Shown piece after piece: positions 48,218-58,996 of a DNA stretch of 64,000 bases. Both the position numbers and the translations under genes were made by a program. The DNA is taken from positions 670,131-734,130 of the forward strand of contig OY969116.1 in the NCBI GenBank assembly GCA_963698075.1, read 5' to 3'. The notes beneath the pieces are model-generated. The model had not been told where the DNA came from. It did no database searches and worked only from the letters and a program-made list of their open reading frames with translations. Numbering within the stretch: position 1 is the first letter of the stretch; each line of letters begins with the position of its first letter. Source of the stretch: an uncultured Candidatus Berkelbacteria bacterium (GTDB taxonomy: Bacteria > Patescibacteriota > UBA1384 > UBA12157 > JAENIV01).

Positions 48218-50032
48218 ATGTCAATTTACAAATCTCACGGATCGGGAAAATTTAAAAAGAAAGATTTTGCCAAAATTGGCCAAAATGTCATCTTTGAACC
48301 AGGCGCGTTAGTTTTTTATCCAGAAAACATGGAGATTGGTTCTAATGTTTACATTGGTCATCACACGGTTTTGAACGGTTATTTTAAAAATAAAATGATT
48401 ATTGGCGATAATGTCTGGATTGGTCGAAATTGTTTCCTCCATTCTGCTGGCGGACTGGCAATTGGGTCTAAGGTTGGAATTGCCCCTGGGGTTGAAATTA
48501 TTAGTGCCGCCCATGATCTCAAAAGAGATGACTTAGGTCCAATCATTGATTTGCCGATCAAGTTTAGACCTGTCAAAATTGAAGACAAATCTGATATCGG
48601 GGTCGGCGCCATTATTCTGCCGGGCGTGACGATTGCTGAAGGTACTCAGGTAGGCGCAGGGGCGGTGGTAACTAAAGATACTGATCGCTATACAATCGTC
48701 GCCGGGGTGCCGGCGCGTAAAATTGGTGTCCGTCAAAGTGTTTATGAAAAAAAATCGGCCCAATCAAACCTGTCCTTATTTAAAGTTTTCCTTGGTATGG
48801 CAAATTCAGTCATCCGGTATTTTTTTGATGGTCTATTTTTTCTTTTCTATCCTTTATTGGTAATTTATTCCTGGTCCCGATATGGCTTTAAGCGATGGTT
48901 AAAATTAAAGCCTTCAATCATCGTTTCTCCTTTTGGCTTGCCTTTACCCTTTTACGCCGTTCGAGCCATCCGAACTGAAAGATATCAAGCCGATAATTTA
49001 GCTTTTGTCTGTCATTCATATTTTCGACCGATAAGTTTTGGTTTAATTGTCTCTGACCATCGATTCTTACACTATTTCACCTTTCTGACTGACCGCGTTT
49101 TTTTATTTTGCTGGGCAATTTTTAAATATGACATTTTTGAATGTCCATTTAGTGGGGGTATTTTGATGTATTCTCATTTGAGAAAACTGGAATATTTCCT
49201 TTTAAAATTGGCTGGCAAAAAAATCTCCGTCTATGGCTATGGTTCGGATTGTAAAATTTTATCAGAGATTCGAAACGAAGCTGAGAAGTTGGGGATAAAA
49301 TATCACACGGCCATGGATCGCATTGAAGCCACCGAATCAAACACCGAAAAAAATATCCGAGCCAATCTTTGGCGCGCTCAAAAATATGCGGATGTTTTAT
49401 TGGCGGCCGGTGATCTCATTCATCTTGGCCCAAAAAGTATCATGCTTCCCTTGGCTGCTGATCTTTCCCTTTGGTTGTATCAACCGCCACCTAAGAACAA
49501 ATTGGTGACCATTATTCATGCGACCAATCACCGAAGCCATAAGGGGAGTAGATTTATTTTAGACATTGTCAGCCGGCTAGAAAAGAAATTGCCGGTGAAA
49601 ATGGTTGTTGTTGAAAAAAAGACCCTAAGCGAATGTCAGAAAATTTATCCTACCGGCGATATTTTTATTACTGATGTCGTGGCAGGTTGGCACGGTTTCG
49701 CTGGCATCGAAGCCATGGCAATTGGCCGGCCAGTTATCAGCTATCGCCGCGCTGATATGGCCCGATTCCATCACTATTATGCCAAAAATATTCCGGTGGT
49801 TTCGGCCAATCCTGATAATTTAGCTCAAGTTGTAACCTCCTTAGTTAGAGATCGTAAACTAAGAGAAGATCTCGGCCGGCGTGGCCGCCAATATGTTCTC
49901 AAATATCATTCTTTCGAATTCGTGGGAAAACTTAGAGCCATTATTTATGAATATATTTGGCAGAGTCAAAAGATTAATCAAAAAATCTTTGAAAAAGAGG
50001 TCAGAAAAAGAAAATTGGTAAAATTTTCATGA
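48218..50032 (+). CDS. Hexapeptide acyltransferase-glycosyltransferase fusion
   Basis: N-terminal left-handed beta-helix (SAGG..IG, GAGAVVT, AGVPAR); C-terminal HA.N...KG...EAMAIG GT domain. Confidence 0.85.
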   Translation: MSIYKSHGSGKFKKKDFAKIGQNVIFEPGALVFYPENMEIGSNVYIGHHTVLNGYFKNKMIIGDNVWIGRNCFLHSAGGLAIGSKVGIAPGVEIISAAHDLKRDDLGPIIDLPIKFRPVKIEDKSDIGVGAIILPGVTIAEGTQVGAGAVVTKDTDRYTIVAGVPARKIGVRQSVYEKKSAQSNLSLFKVFLGMANSVIRYFFDGLFFLFYPLLVIYSWSRYGFKRWLKLKPSIIVSPFGLPLPFYAVRAIRTERYQADNLAFVCHSYFRPISFGLIVSDHRFLHYFTFLTDRVFLFCWAIFKYDIFECPFSGGILMYSHLRKLEYFLLKLAGKKISVYGYGSDCKILSEIRNEAEKLGIKYHTAMDRIEATESNTEKNIRANLWRAQKYADVLLAAGDLIHLGPKSIMLPLAADLSLWLYQPPPKNKLVTIIHATNHRSHKGSRFILDIVSRLEKKLPVKMVVVEKKTLSECQKIYPTGDIFITDVVAGWHGFAGIEAMAIGRPVISYRRADMARFHHYYAKNIPVVSANPDNLAQVVTSLVRDRKLREDLGRRGRQYVLKYHSFEFVGKLRAIIYEYIWQSQKINQKIFEKEVRKRKLVKFS

Positions 50033-51525
50033 AAAAAATTTCTTTAGAAAAATATTTTGTCGCTCTTTCACGCGATAGCTTAATTTACGGTCTTGGTAAT
50101 GCGGTCTTAAGAATCTTAGCCTTATTGACCGCGCCGATTTTTACCCGGGTTTTTATCCCGGCTGAATATGGCATTATTAGTTTAATCGCTTCCGTCATTT
50201 CTTTTTTAAGTATCTTTCTGATTTTTGGGATGGATAACGCGATTTTTATCAGTTTTTATCAGTATAAAAATCAAAGAAAAACAGTCATCTCTTCGGCCTT
50301 TTGGTTTCTATTGCTTTGGGGGCTTTTTTTAGTTGGCGTTGCCAGTTTATTTAGTCAAAATTTTTCAGAGATTATTTTTAAAACGCCGACTTACAAAATT
50401 TTATTTCTTTTAACTTTTTGGACGGCTTATCTGACTTTACTCGTTAATTTAGCCAAAATTATTTTTCGTCTCCAATTTCGGGCCAAAACTTTTGCGACGG
50501 TGGCCATCCTTAATGCCCTCCTTTCAACCGGTTTGATGATTCTTTTTGTGGTCTATTTAAAAAAGGGTCTTACTGGCTATTTTACCGGCTCGCTGATCGG
50601 CACAGCGGTTTCGGTCTTACTCGCCTTGTTTTTAATTAGGACTAATTTAGAGTGGAAAATTTCCTGGTCGCGACTTAAAGAGATGGTTATTTTTGGCTCC
50701 TATGTTCTGCCGGCTTCAGTTTCTTTTTTTGTCTTTGATCTTTCTGATCGATTTTTTCTCAACCATTATCGAAATCTCTCCGAGATCGGCCTTTATTCGA
50801 TTGGTATTAATATTGCCTCAATCTTAGTTTTTTTCTCTTATGCCTTAGGTCAGGCCTGGGCACCCATGGTTTTAAATATTTATTATTCTTCGAGAAAAAT
50901 ATTCCATCAATTCGTCCCTCGTTTATTAGTTTATTATCTAATCTTCTTCTTTTCTTTGGCAGCGCTAATTACTTTATTTGGTCAAGAGATATTGCGCGTC
51001 TTTGCCACTCCAAAGTTTTATGGAGCCGCTAAAGTTATCGGTCCTTTGACGATCGCCATGGTTTTTTTGGCCTCGAATCAGATAACTTGTTTGGGAATGA
51101 CGATTTCTCGAAAAATGAAATACTTTGCCATTAATACAATTTTAGCGGCAGTTTTAAATATTGTTTTAAATTTTATTCTCATTCCGAAATATGGCATGAT
51201 CGGCGCTGGCTGGGCGACTGCGAGCTCGTATTTGTTTTTAACGTTGGCTTATTATTTTAGTAGCCAAAAATTCATTCCCCTAAAAATAGATTGGTCCAAA
51301 ATTATAAAATTATCCTTTATCAGTTTAGGCGTGATTACTTTCGGGTCAATTTTTTGGCGATTTAGCCCCTTCGTTAATCTTGTTATTAAAATTCTCGAGT
51401 TTGCTTTTTTCTTGATTTTGCTCTATTTATTCGCAATAATCGAAAAGCAAGAAATTATTTATCTGAAAGTCTCTTTTAAAAAATTGGCAAAATTAGTACT
51501 TAGGAAGAGGAGAAATGACTATTGA
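50029..51525 (+). CDS. wzx: Oligosaccharide flippase (Wzx/PST family)
   Basis: ~13-14 TM helices, PIFTR...EYG, DRFFL, GLYS, LIPKYGMIGA. Confidence 0.88.
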   Translation: MKKISLEKYFVALSRDSLIYGLGNAVLRILALLTAPIFTRVFIPAEYGIISLIASVISFLSIFLIFGMDNAIFISFYQYKNQRKTVISSAFWFLLLWGLFLVGVASLFSQNFSEIIFKTPTYKILFLLTFWTAYLTLLVNLAKIIFRLQFRAKTFATVAILNALLSTGLMILFVVYLKKGLTGYFTGSLIGTAVSVLLALFLIRTNLEWKISWSRLKEMVIFGSYVLPASVSFFVFDLSDRFFLNHYRNLSEIGLYSIGINIASILVFFSYALGQAWAPMVLNIYYSSRKIFHQFVPRLLVYYLIFFFSLAALITLFGQEILRVFATPKFYGAAKVIGPLTIAMVFLASNQITCLGMTISRKMKYFAINTILAAVLNIVLNFILIPKYGMIGAGWATASSYLFLTLAYYFSSQKFIPLKIDWSKIIKLSFISLGVITFGSIFWRFSPFVNLVIKILEFAFFLILLYLFAIIEKQEIIYLKVSFKKLAKLVLRKRRNDY

Positions 51526-52546
51526 TCAGATTGTGCCTAAATTTAGAAAGAAATACCGTAAGGCCATTGTCACTGGCGGAGCGGGTTTTATCGGCTCCCA
51601 TATTTGCGAAGAGTTAGTCAAGGGTGGTCTTCCGGTTATCTCAATTGATCATTATTTGGCCGGCAAAAGTAGAAATCTGGCCCACCTTAAAAAATTCCCT
51701 CATTTTCGAGCCGTCAAGTGTGATATTACCGATTATCATTGTCTGGCGCGTTATTTTAAAGGTGTAGATATCGTTTTTCACAACGCCGCTTCCAAAAAAA
51801 GTGTCTGTCTGATTGACCCTCGTCGCGATTTAGAAGTCAATGGTGCGGGCACTTTTAATATGTTGGAACTAGCTCGTTTGAATAAAATTAAAAAGTTTAT
51901 TCATGCCTCGAGCGGTTCTGTCTATGGGGAAATGATTAAAATACAAAATGAAAATCATCCCACTAATCCAGTTTCTTTTTATGGCGTCAGTAAATTAACC
52001 GGCGAAAAATATGTTCAGGTTTTTCATAAGGTTTATGGTCTTGATACCACGATTTTAAGATACTTCCATGTTTATGGCCCACGCCAAGAATTTAATGAAT
52101 TTGGCGGAGTGGTGGCAATTTTCATCAATAATCTTTTACGGGGCGAACGACCGGTGATTTATGGTACTGGTCGCCAGGAGCGCTCTTTTACTTATGTTAA
52201 AGATGTCGTCAAGGCTAACTTATTAGTCGCCACGCGTCCAGAAACCAAGGGGAAGGTTTATAATTGTGCTTCAGGGATTAAAGTAACCATTAATGACCTT
52301 TGTAAGGCGACTTTGAAAGCTTTTGATAAGGAGAAAATTAAACCTATTTATAAAGATTGGCAGGTGGGCGACATCAAAAAATTCCGAATTGATAATTCAA
52401 AAATTAAAAAAATTGGGATGGACTTTGAGACAAATTTTAATCTAAAATTAGCGGAAACGATTAAGGAAACAATTCCTTATATCCGAAATATTCAAAATGC
52501 AAAAAAGAGATCCTCTCAAAAACAAGCGAATCTTCGTCGGTTTTAA
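51515..52546 (+). CDS. NAD-dependent epimerase/dehydratase (SDR)
   Basis: TGGAGFIG, SSGSVYG, YGVSK, RYFHVYGPRQ. Confidence 0.9.
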   Translation: MTIDQIVPKFRKKYRKAIVTGGAGFIGSHICEELVKGGLPVISIDHYLAGKSRNLAHLKKFPHFRAVKCDITDYHCLARYFKGVDIVFHNAASKKSVCLIDPRRDLEVNGAGTFNMLELARLNKIKKFIHASSGSVYGEMIKIQNENHPTNPVSFYGVSKLTGEKYVQVFHKVYGLDTTILRYFHVYGPRQEFNEFGGVVAIFINNLLRGERPVIYGTGRQERSFTYVKDVVKANLLVATRPETKGKVYNCASGIKVTINDLCKATLKAFDKEKIKPIYKDWQVGDIKKFRIDNSKIKKIGMDFETNFNLKLAETIKETIPYIRNIQNAKKRSSQKQANLRRF

Positions 52547-53555
52547 CTACGCCGGCGCCCCGGGTATTTACGCTTTTACCCGCGCTTTAAGAAAGAGGGG
52601 ATATAAAATCGATTTCTATGGCATTAAAGAAATCCGCTATGGAATGCCAGTCGATTTTTTGCTGCGATTTTCTTCCTCAAAGATAATTAGTTTTTTCGAA
52701 CGTTTTATTTATTTTTTCAAGATTCTGCCTCAATATGACCTCTGGCATTTTAATTATATTGAGGCATTTTTTTGGTATCCGCTTAATTTATTCATCCTCA
52801 AGTTATTTGGCAAAAAAATTGTTTCCACTTTTCGAGGCTCTGACGTAAGGACAAATATTGATTTTCTTCCCTTAAATCTTTATAAAAAAATCCCCTCAAA
52901 TTCCTGGCCCATTTTTTACCAACAAAATGTCGTTCATCACTTTTGGCAAAAATTTCTTCTCGAGTTAAGGATTAAAATATTTTGTTGGCTTTCCGATCAA
53001 GTGGTTATCATCGGTCCTTTTTTGGCCAGCTCTGTGCCTCATTACGATAAAATGATATCCTACGCCCAAGACCTTAAAGTTATCGGCTCTCAAAAAATAG
53101 CCAACCAATCAGCCAAAGGTAGAAAAATCACTATTTTACATGCCCCGAGCGATTTCGTTACCAAAGGCTCTGAGACTGTCAAAGGGGTTTTTGCTCAGTT
53201 GTCCAAGAAATATTTAAATTGTAATTTTAAAATTATGCCAAAAATGCCTCATAAAGAACTTTTGGCCGAAATGGCGAAAGCCGATATTGTCATTGATCAG
53301 TTATTGGTTGGTTGGTATGGGTTGCAGGCGGTTGAAGCCATGGCGATGGGAAAAATTGTGGTTGCCTTTCTCAATCCTGCCTATTTACCCTTAGTTTCTT
53401 TTGACAAAAACATTCCTATCTGGAATAGCAATGTTTGGACCTTCAGTCAAGATATTGAAAATTTGTTGATCTTATATCCTAAGATCAGTGGGCAATGGGC
53501 CACGAAGTCGATTCAATTTGTCAGAAAAAAATCACTCCGCCGCCAAAATTGCTAG
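52497..53555 (+). CDS. Glycosyltransferase (GT-B); last helix frameshifted at an A7 tract (intact stop would be 53592)
   Basis: HAPS...KG, ADIVIDQL..GWYG..AVEAMAMG; the alternate frame reads NHSAAKIASQYLEAYQETYE. Confidence 0.85.
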   Translation: MQKRDPLKNKRIFVGFNYAGAPGIYAFTRALRKRGYKIDFYGIKEIRYGMPVDFLLRFSSSKIISFFERFIYFFKILPQYDLWHFNYIEAFFWYPLNLFILKLFGKKIVSTFRGSDVRTNIDFLPLNLYKKIPSNSWPIFYQQNVVHHFWQKFLLELRIKIFCWLSDQVVIIGPFLASSVPHYDKMISYAQDLKVIGSQKIANQSAKGRKITILHAPSDFVTKGSETVKGVFAQLSKKYLNCNFKIMPKMPHKELLAEMAKADIVIDQLLVGWYGLQAVEAMAMGKIVVAFLNPAYLPLVSFDKNIPIWNSNVWTFSQDIENLLILYPKISGQWATKSIQFVRKKSLRRQNC

Positions 53556-53584
53556 CCAATACCTAGAGGCCTATCAGGAGACAT

Positions 53585-55849
53585 ATGAATAGGAAAGTTC
53601 TTTTAATCTCTTATTTTTTCCCCCCAATCGGCGGCGGTGGGGCAATCCGTTTGACTAAATTTGTCAAATACTTACCTTTATTTGGTTGGAAACCATATAT
53701 TTTGACGGTCAAAGAAGGTTTTTACTCCATCAAAGACCAATCCTTATTGAAAGAAACAGCTCGGGCTAAAATTACTCGAGTGAAATATTTTGAACCGGCT
53801 TTATGGTTTCGAAAGCGCTTTTGGCAATCTTTTTTGGCTTATTTTTTATATCCTCTTTTTTTGATTCCTGACCGGCAAATTTTATGGTTTTTTCCGGCTT
53901 TATTGGCGGCTCGCAAACTCATTCGGCAACAAAAAATTCGAATCATTTTTACTTCCGCCTCTTCCTATTCCGATCATCTTATTGCTCTTTGGTTAAAAAA
54001 AATAACGACGGTCAAATGGGTAGCCGACTTTCGTGATGAATGGACAAAAAGTCCTTTTTTTAAATTTTCCACTCCGATTCACAAAAAAATTATCCAATTT
54101 TTAGAAAAAAGAATCCTTGAAAGTGCTGATGTCGTCACGACGATATCGACTGAATTAACCAACCAATACCAAGAAATTTTAGGCGTCCAGAAAGAGAAAT
54201 TTCTGACGATTTCCAATGGCTTCGATCAATCAGATTTTAAGGGACTAAAAGTTTCTCCCCCCACCAAAAATTTTTTCAGGTTCGTTCATGCCGGCTCGCT
54301 TTATGGATCACGCCAAGCTAATATTTTTTTAGAAACTCTCGAAGAATTAAAACTTAAAAATGTCAAAGTCGAGTTCTTGGAAAAACTGCCTCACCACCAA
54401 GCCCTTGAAAAATTGTTAGCCGCTGATGTTTTGCTTTTATTTTTGAGTCCCCAAGACAGCCCCGCGGTGATGACAGGAAAGATTTTCGAATACCTGGCGG
54501 CTCGCAAACCAATTCTGGCTTTGGCACCAGACCATTCTGGAGCGGCTCAATTGATTAAAAAACTTAAGGTCGGCCAGGTCGCTCATCCCTTGGATAAAAA
54601 AGCCATCAAAGAAAAAATTCATAAGTTCTATCAACTTTGGCAACACGGTAAATTATCAGTTCCTTTGATTGATCTTGCCAAATACGATCGCCAATACTTA
54701 ACCGGTCGCTTAGCCAAAACTTTTGATCGCCTCATGTTGACCCAAGAGAAAAAAAGAAGGCGGCTCAAACTCTGTCTGATCGGCAATATTCGCTCTCCCC
54801 AAAATCAAAATTTGGTGGAATTTTTTAAAAAGAAAAACTATGAAATCCATTTTATCAGTAATGGCCAAGGGAAACTCAAGGGTATTAAAAGTTATTATTT
54901 GGGTAAAAATAATTTTACCCCCTGGTATTTTTTACGATCGCTTATGAAGACTCGTCGGTTAATAGCGAAGATTCGTCCAGACATTGTCCATGGTCAAGAT
55001 CTGGTTTTTGCCGGCATTTGGGCTTATTTGAGCGGTTTTCGGCCATTGGTGGTAACGCCGTGGGGCTCGGATGTTATGAACTACGAAAAATTTATTGATT
55101 TGGAAAAATATTTAATCAAAAAAACATTAAAGCAAGCTGATTTGGTGACCGTCTCATCTGAAGCTCTGCTTGAGAAGGCCCAAGAAATTGGTCTGCCAAA
55201 AGGAAAAGCCAAGTTGATTCATTTCGGAATTGACCTCTCTTTTTTCCGACGAAGGAAAGTAGAACATTGGCGTCGAAAATATAAATTAAAAAATGCGAAA
55301 AAGGCAAAAATAATCTATTGCCCCCGTTCGATTGCCCCAATCTATAACACTGATATTCTCATAGACGCTTTTGCCAAAATTGCCTCTCGGGAGAATGTCA
55401 AATTATTGATAACGACCCAAAATGCCCAAGAATCTTTCCTTATAGAAATCGAAAAAGCAGTCATTAAAAATAATCTCGTTGATAAGGTAATATTTTTACC
55501 CAGCCTTCAATTTAAAGAAATTCCCAATTTATACAATCTCGCTGATGTTATCGTCAGTCTGACATCTTCTGATGGCTGCAGCGTTTCTTTTTTGGAAGGG
55601 TTAGCCTCCGAGAAGAAGATTATAGCTACCAAATTGCCCTATCTCAAAGAATGGTTTACCGGCCATAATTTATGGACCGTCCCCATAAGAGACGTGGAGG
55701 CAACCGCCCGAGCATTGATTACCGCCTTAAATTTTCCGGCCAAAAAATGGCGTCCAATCGGCCGCCAAAACCGGCAAATGATTACCGAAAAAGCAGAAAT
55801 AAACGTTAATTTTGAAAAATTGGACAAGCTCTATCAGGATTTAATATGA
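53585..55849 (+). CDS. Tandem double glycosyltransferase (GT4-GT4 fusion)
   Basis: ISYFFPP, DFRDEW, KIFEYLA; second unit GSDV, PRSI...YN, LEGLA. Confidence 0.88.
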   Translation: MNRKVLLISYFFPPIGGGGAIRLTKFVKYLPLFGWKPYILTVKEGFYSIKDQSLLKETARAKITRVKYFEPALWFRKRFWQSFLAYFLYPLFLIPDRQILWFFPALLAARKLIRQQKIRIIFTSASSYSDHLIALWLKKITTVKWVADFRDEWTKSPFFKFSTPIHKKIIQFLEKRILESADVVTTISTELTNQYQEILGVQKEKFLTISNGFDQSDFKGLKVSPPTKNFFRFVHAGSLYGSRQANIFLETLEELKLKNVKVEFLEKLPHHQALEKLLAADVLLLFLSPQDSPAVMTGKIFEYLAARKPILALAPDHSGAAQLIKKLKVGQVAHPLDKKAIKEKIHKFYQLWQHGKLSVPLIDLAKYDRQYLTGRLAKTFDRLMLTQEKKRRRLKLCLIGNIRSPQNQNLVEFFKKKNYEIHFISNGQGKLKGIKSYYLGKNNFTPWYFLRSLMKTRRLIAKIRPDIVHGQDLVFAGIWAYLSGFRPLVVTPWGSDVMNYEKFIDLEKYLIKKTLKQADLVTVSSEALLEKAQEIGLPKGKAKLIHFGIDLSFFRRRKVEHWRRKYKLKNAKKAKIIYCPRSIAPIYNTDILIDAFAKIASRENVKLLITTQNAQESFLIEIEKAVIKNNLVDKVIFLPSLQFKEIPNLYNLADVIVSLTSSDGCSVSFLEGLASEKKIIATKLPYLKEWFTGHNLWTVPIRDVEATARALITALNFPAKKWRPIGRQNRQMITEKAEINVNFEKLDKLYQDLI

Positions 55850-56628
55850 ATGTTCGAATACAAAGTTTTTTTAAGAAAAGTGAAATGAGAAAATATGATT
55901 TTTTAAAAAATCATTTTATATATTTGAAGCAAACGAAAATGGATAATTCTGATATTAAAAATCAGCGATTGTCTCACTATAAATGGTTGGTTTTTCAAAT
56001 TATTTACCTTGCCTGGTCAAAATGGGCCAATTTAACCAATAAATTAAATTCTAATAACAGAAATTTTGAAAAAAATTTTATGTTAACGCTCAAAAAAATG
56101 TTCAAAAAATTAGGTTATTTTAAAAATAATGTCTTGGATTTGGGGGGTGGTTGCGGTTCGTATAGACAGTTTTGGGTAGAATCAGCGGGCAAGATTTATT
56201 TAAATCACGATCCTCAAATTGGTAAATTTGAATTTATCAAATTAGATCACGAGCCAATATATATGGTTGAAGGTTACGCCGAAAAATTACCATACAAGAA
56301 TAATGTTTTCGATACAATTTTGATAGCCGATGCGATTGATCATTTTTCAAATCCATTGAGAGCTTTATTGGAAAGTATTAGAGTTTTGAAAAAAAGGGGC
56401 AAAATTATCATCCTCCAATGTTATCGTATTAGTAGCGGAAAAACTTTATGGCAGAAAATCATTTACAAATTAAAAGATTTGATTAACCATATTGTCCATA
56501 TAAGTCATCTGTCTTCTGGTGAGATTAAAATTATTCTTTCTCGGGTTGGATATCAAAAAATAAGATTTTACAGGAGAAAAATAAAAAATAATAATACAAA
56601 TTTAATAATATATATTGCTATAAAATGA
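55846..56628 (+). CDS. Class I SAM-dependent methyltransferase (very AT-rich gene)
   Basis: LDLGGGCG, AEKLPY...FD, DH...P....E..RVLK. Confidence 0.85.
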   Translation: MNVRIQSFFKKSEMRKYDFLKNHFIYLKQTKMDNSDIKNQRLSHYKWLVFQIIYLAWSKWANLTNKLNSNNRNFEKNFMLTLKKMFKKLGYFKNNVLDLGGGCGSYRQFWVESAGKIYLNHDPQIGKFEFIKLDHEPIYMVEGYAEKLPYKNNVFDTILIADAIDHFSNPLRALLESIRVLKKRGKIIILQCYRISSGKTLWQKIIYKLKDLINHIVHISHLSSGEIKIILSRVGYQKIRFYRRKIKNNNTNLIIYIAIK

Positions 56629-58994
56629 AATCAAAGATCTCAATGGTGACAACTTCGGAAATTTTCCATGACAGTCGTATCTTAAACGAGGCGGCGACGT
56701 TGGCCCGGAATTATCAAGTTACAGTTTTGGCCAAAAAATATCCTCTCCAGCTCCGAAAAAAGTTTCCTTTCAAAATAAAGCTCATCGACTATTTAAAACT
56801 TCCCTGGTTTCAACTCAGCGTTTTCTCTTCTTTTTTCTCATTGATGAAGGCAGCCCTCAAAGAAAATCCTGACAGCTATCACGCCCACGATCTCGATGGC
56901 CTGCTTTGTGCCTTTCCTGCCGCCCTTTTAAAGGGTAAGATTTTAATTTATGATTCTCACGAACTTTGGTCGAATACCTATCCTTTCGTTAACCTTCGGG
57001 GCATTCAATGGCTTTTGCCAATCCTCGAGAGAGTCCTTATCTGGCGCATCCGAGCCGGCATTACGGTTAATCAATCAATCGCTGATTATTTATCAAAAAA
57101 ATATCATCGCCAGTTTCTGGCCTTGTACAACACTAGTGATATCTCGCCAGTCAAAAAGTCATTGATTAATTTGCGCCAAAAATTCCCCCAAAAAAAGATC
57201 ATTCTCCATCTTGGGGCCGCTGATGAGGGCCGAGGTTTGGCAGAGATCATTTCAGCCGCCCAATTTTTACCCGAAAAATTTGTTTTGATTTTTCTCGGTG
57301 GCGGTAAAATTGAGAGCCAATCCAAGATTCTCGCCAAAAAATTGGGATTAAAAAATATTTATTTCTTTCCGGCCGTCGCTCCAGAAGAGATTACCTCAAC
57401 CATTGCCGGCGCGGATTTAGGCCTGGCTTTAACCCAAAAGGTTTCTTTGTCCTATTATTTGTCGCTTCCTAATAAAATTTTTCAATATCTAGCGGCTGGC
57501 CTACCAATTTTGGGTAGCAATTTTCCTGAATTCAAAAAAGTGATCCTTAACAATGGTATTGGTGAAACCGTTGACCCTTCGAGGCCGAAATTGATTGCCC
57601 AAAAGATTATCGCCATGACGAAAACCAGCTCCCTTGAGCAATATCGTCAAAATCTAGGCTTGATAAAAAATAAATTCCGCTGGAGCAAAGAGGCCAAAAA
57701 ATTAGAAGATTTTTATCAAAAGTTGGAAAATCCTGCCCCCACGGTCTCACGAAAATTTAAAATTGACGTTTTCTGGAACGCAGCGAGTTTGGCTCTTTTG
57801 GGACTTTCTGGCATAATTTTTAACATTATTATCGCCCGTTTTTACGGCGCCAGAGGTTTAGGAGTTTTTAATGAAGTCTATGCGATCTATATTTTGGCCT
57901 CCCAATTAGCGGTGGGCAGTGTCCATCTTTCGGTTCAAAAATATATTCCCGCTTTTCCGAGAAACTCCCGCCAACTGGCTAAGATTATCAGCGCTGGCAT
58001 GGGGCTGACTTTAATTTGTTCTTTAATTGTCAGTACCCTTATTTATTTTACTCGGGGGATATGGGGGATCTGGTTTAAGGACCAAGACGTTGTTTTGGGA
58101 GTCGGCTTGGTTGCCTTTGGTTTGATCGGTTTCGCTCTCAATAAAACTCTTTTGGCGGTCTTAAATGGCTTTCGTCTAATGCGGTCTTTTGCCTTTTTTT
58201 CGGGACTAAGATATCTTTTTGTCTTAGGCTTTGTTGTCCTGCTCATTATACTTCGAGAGCCACAAGGGACTTTACCCTTGGCTTTTTCTTTAGCCGAAGC
58301 CTTTCTTTTTGTCATTTTATTGGTCTATACTTTACGATTTTTTAAATTTACTTTTTTCTTAGGCGATTGGCTAAAAAAACACCTCATCTTTGGTTATCAT
58401 TCCCTCTTGGGCAATCTTTTAGTCGATGTGAACGCTCGAGTTGATATCTTAATTTTAGGTTTTTTTACCTCCGCTCAAGTGGTGGGAATTTATAGCTTTG
58501 CCGCCTTACTCACCGACGGTTTGGGGCAACTTTTGGGCATCGCCTTAAAAATCAATGTTAATCCTGTTTTGGCAAAACTTTCCGCCAAAAAGGATTGGCC
58601 GACACTCAAAGCTTATATTCGCAAAGGCATTAAGCTGACCTATTTTTATTTTTTTATCATTGCCTTAGTTGCCGTTGTTCTTTATCCCTTAATCATTCAG
58701 TTTTTTGTCGCCCAAAGCTTTCTCACGAGCTGGCCAGTTTTTGTGATTCTCGTGGCCGGTCTGACGCTCTCTAGCGGCTACCAACCCTTTCAAATGCTTT
58801 TGGTCCAAACAGGCCATCCCAAATTCTATTCTTGGCTCATCGCTACGGTTTTTATTACCAATGTTCTTTTAAATCTCGCCTTAGTGCCCTTCTTGGGAAT
58901 GTATGGGTCGGCCATTGCCACCGCCATTTCTTTTGTGGTTTTGGCTTTAACTCTTAGGTTTTTGACAAAAAAAGCCCTAAAGATTAAGATTTGA
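56625..58994 (+). CDS. Glycosyltransferase family 4 fused to a Wzx-type flippase
   Basis: DSRI..EA, HAHDLD, YDSHE, PNKIFQY, then ~12 TM helices with GIYSFA and LVPFLGMYGSAIAT. Confidence 0.85.
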   Translation: MKSKISMVTTSEIFHDSRILNEAATLARNYQVTVLAKKYPLQLRKKFPFKIKLIDYLKLPWFQLSVFSSFFSLMKAALKENPDSYHAHDLDGLLCAFPAALLKGKILIYDSHELWSNTYPFVNLRGIQWLLPILERVLIWRIRAGITVNQSIADYLSKKYHRQFLALYNTSDISPVKKSLINLRQKFPQKKIILHLGAADEGRGLAEIISAAQFLPEKFVLIFLGGGKIESQSKILAKKLGLKNIYFFPAVAPEEITSTIAGADLGLALTQKVSLSYYLSLPNKIFQYLAAGLPILGSNFPEFKKVILNNGIGETVDPSRPKLIAQKIIAMTKTSSLEQYRQNLGLIKNKFRWSKEAKKLEDFYQKLENPAPTVSRKFKIDVFWNAASLALLGLSGIIFNIIIARFYGARGLGVFNEVYAIYILASQLAVGSVHLSVQKYIPAFPRNSRQLAKIISAGMGLTLICSLIVSTLIYFTRGIWGIWFKDQDVVLGVGLVAFGLIGFALNKTLLAVLNGFRLMRSFAFFSGLRYLFVLGFVVLLIILREPQGTLPLAFSLAEAFLFVILLVYTLRFFKFTFFLGDWLKKHLIFGYHSLLGNLLVDVNARVDILILGFFTSAQVVGIYSFAALLTDGLGQLLGIALKINVNPVLAKLSAKKDWPTLKAYIRKGIKLTYFYFFIIALVAVVLYPLIIQFFVAQSFLTSWPVFVILVAGLTLSSGYQPFQMLLVQTGHPKFYSWLIATVFITNVLLNLALVPFLGMYGSAIATAISFVVLALTLRFLTKKALKIKI

Positions 58995-58996
58995 TT

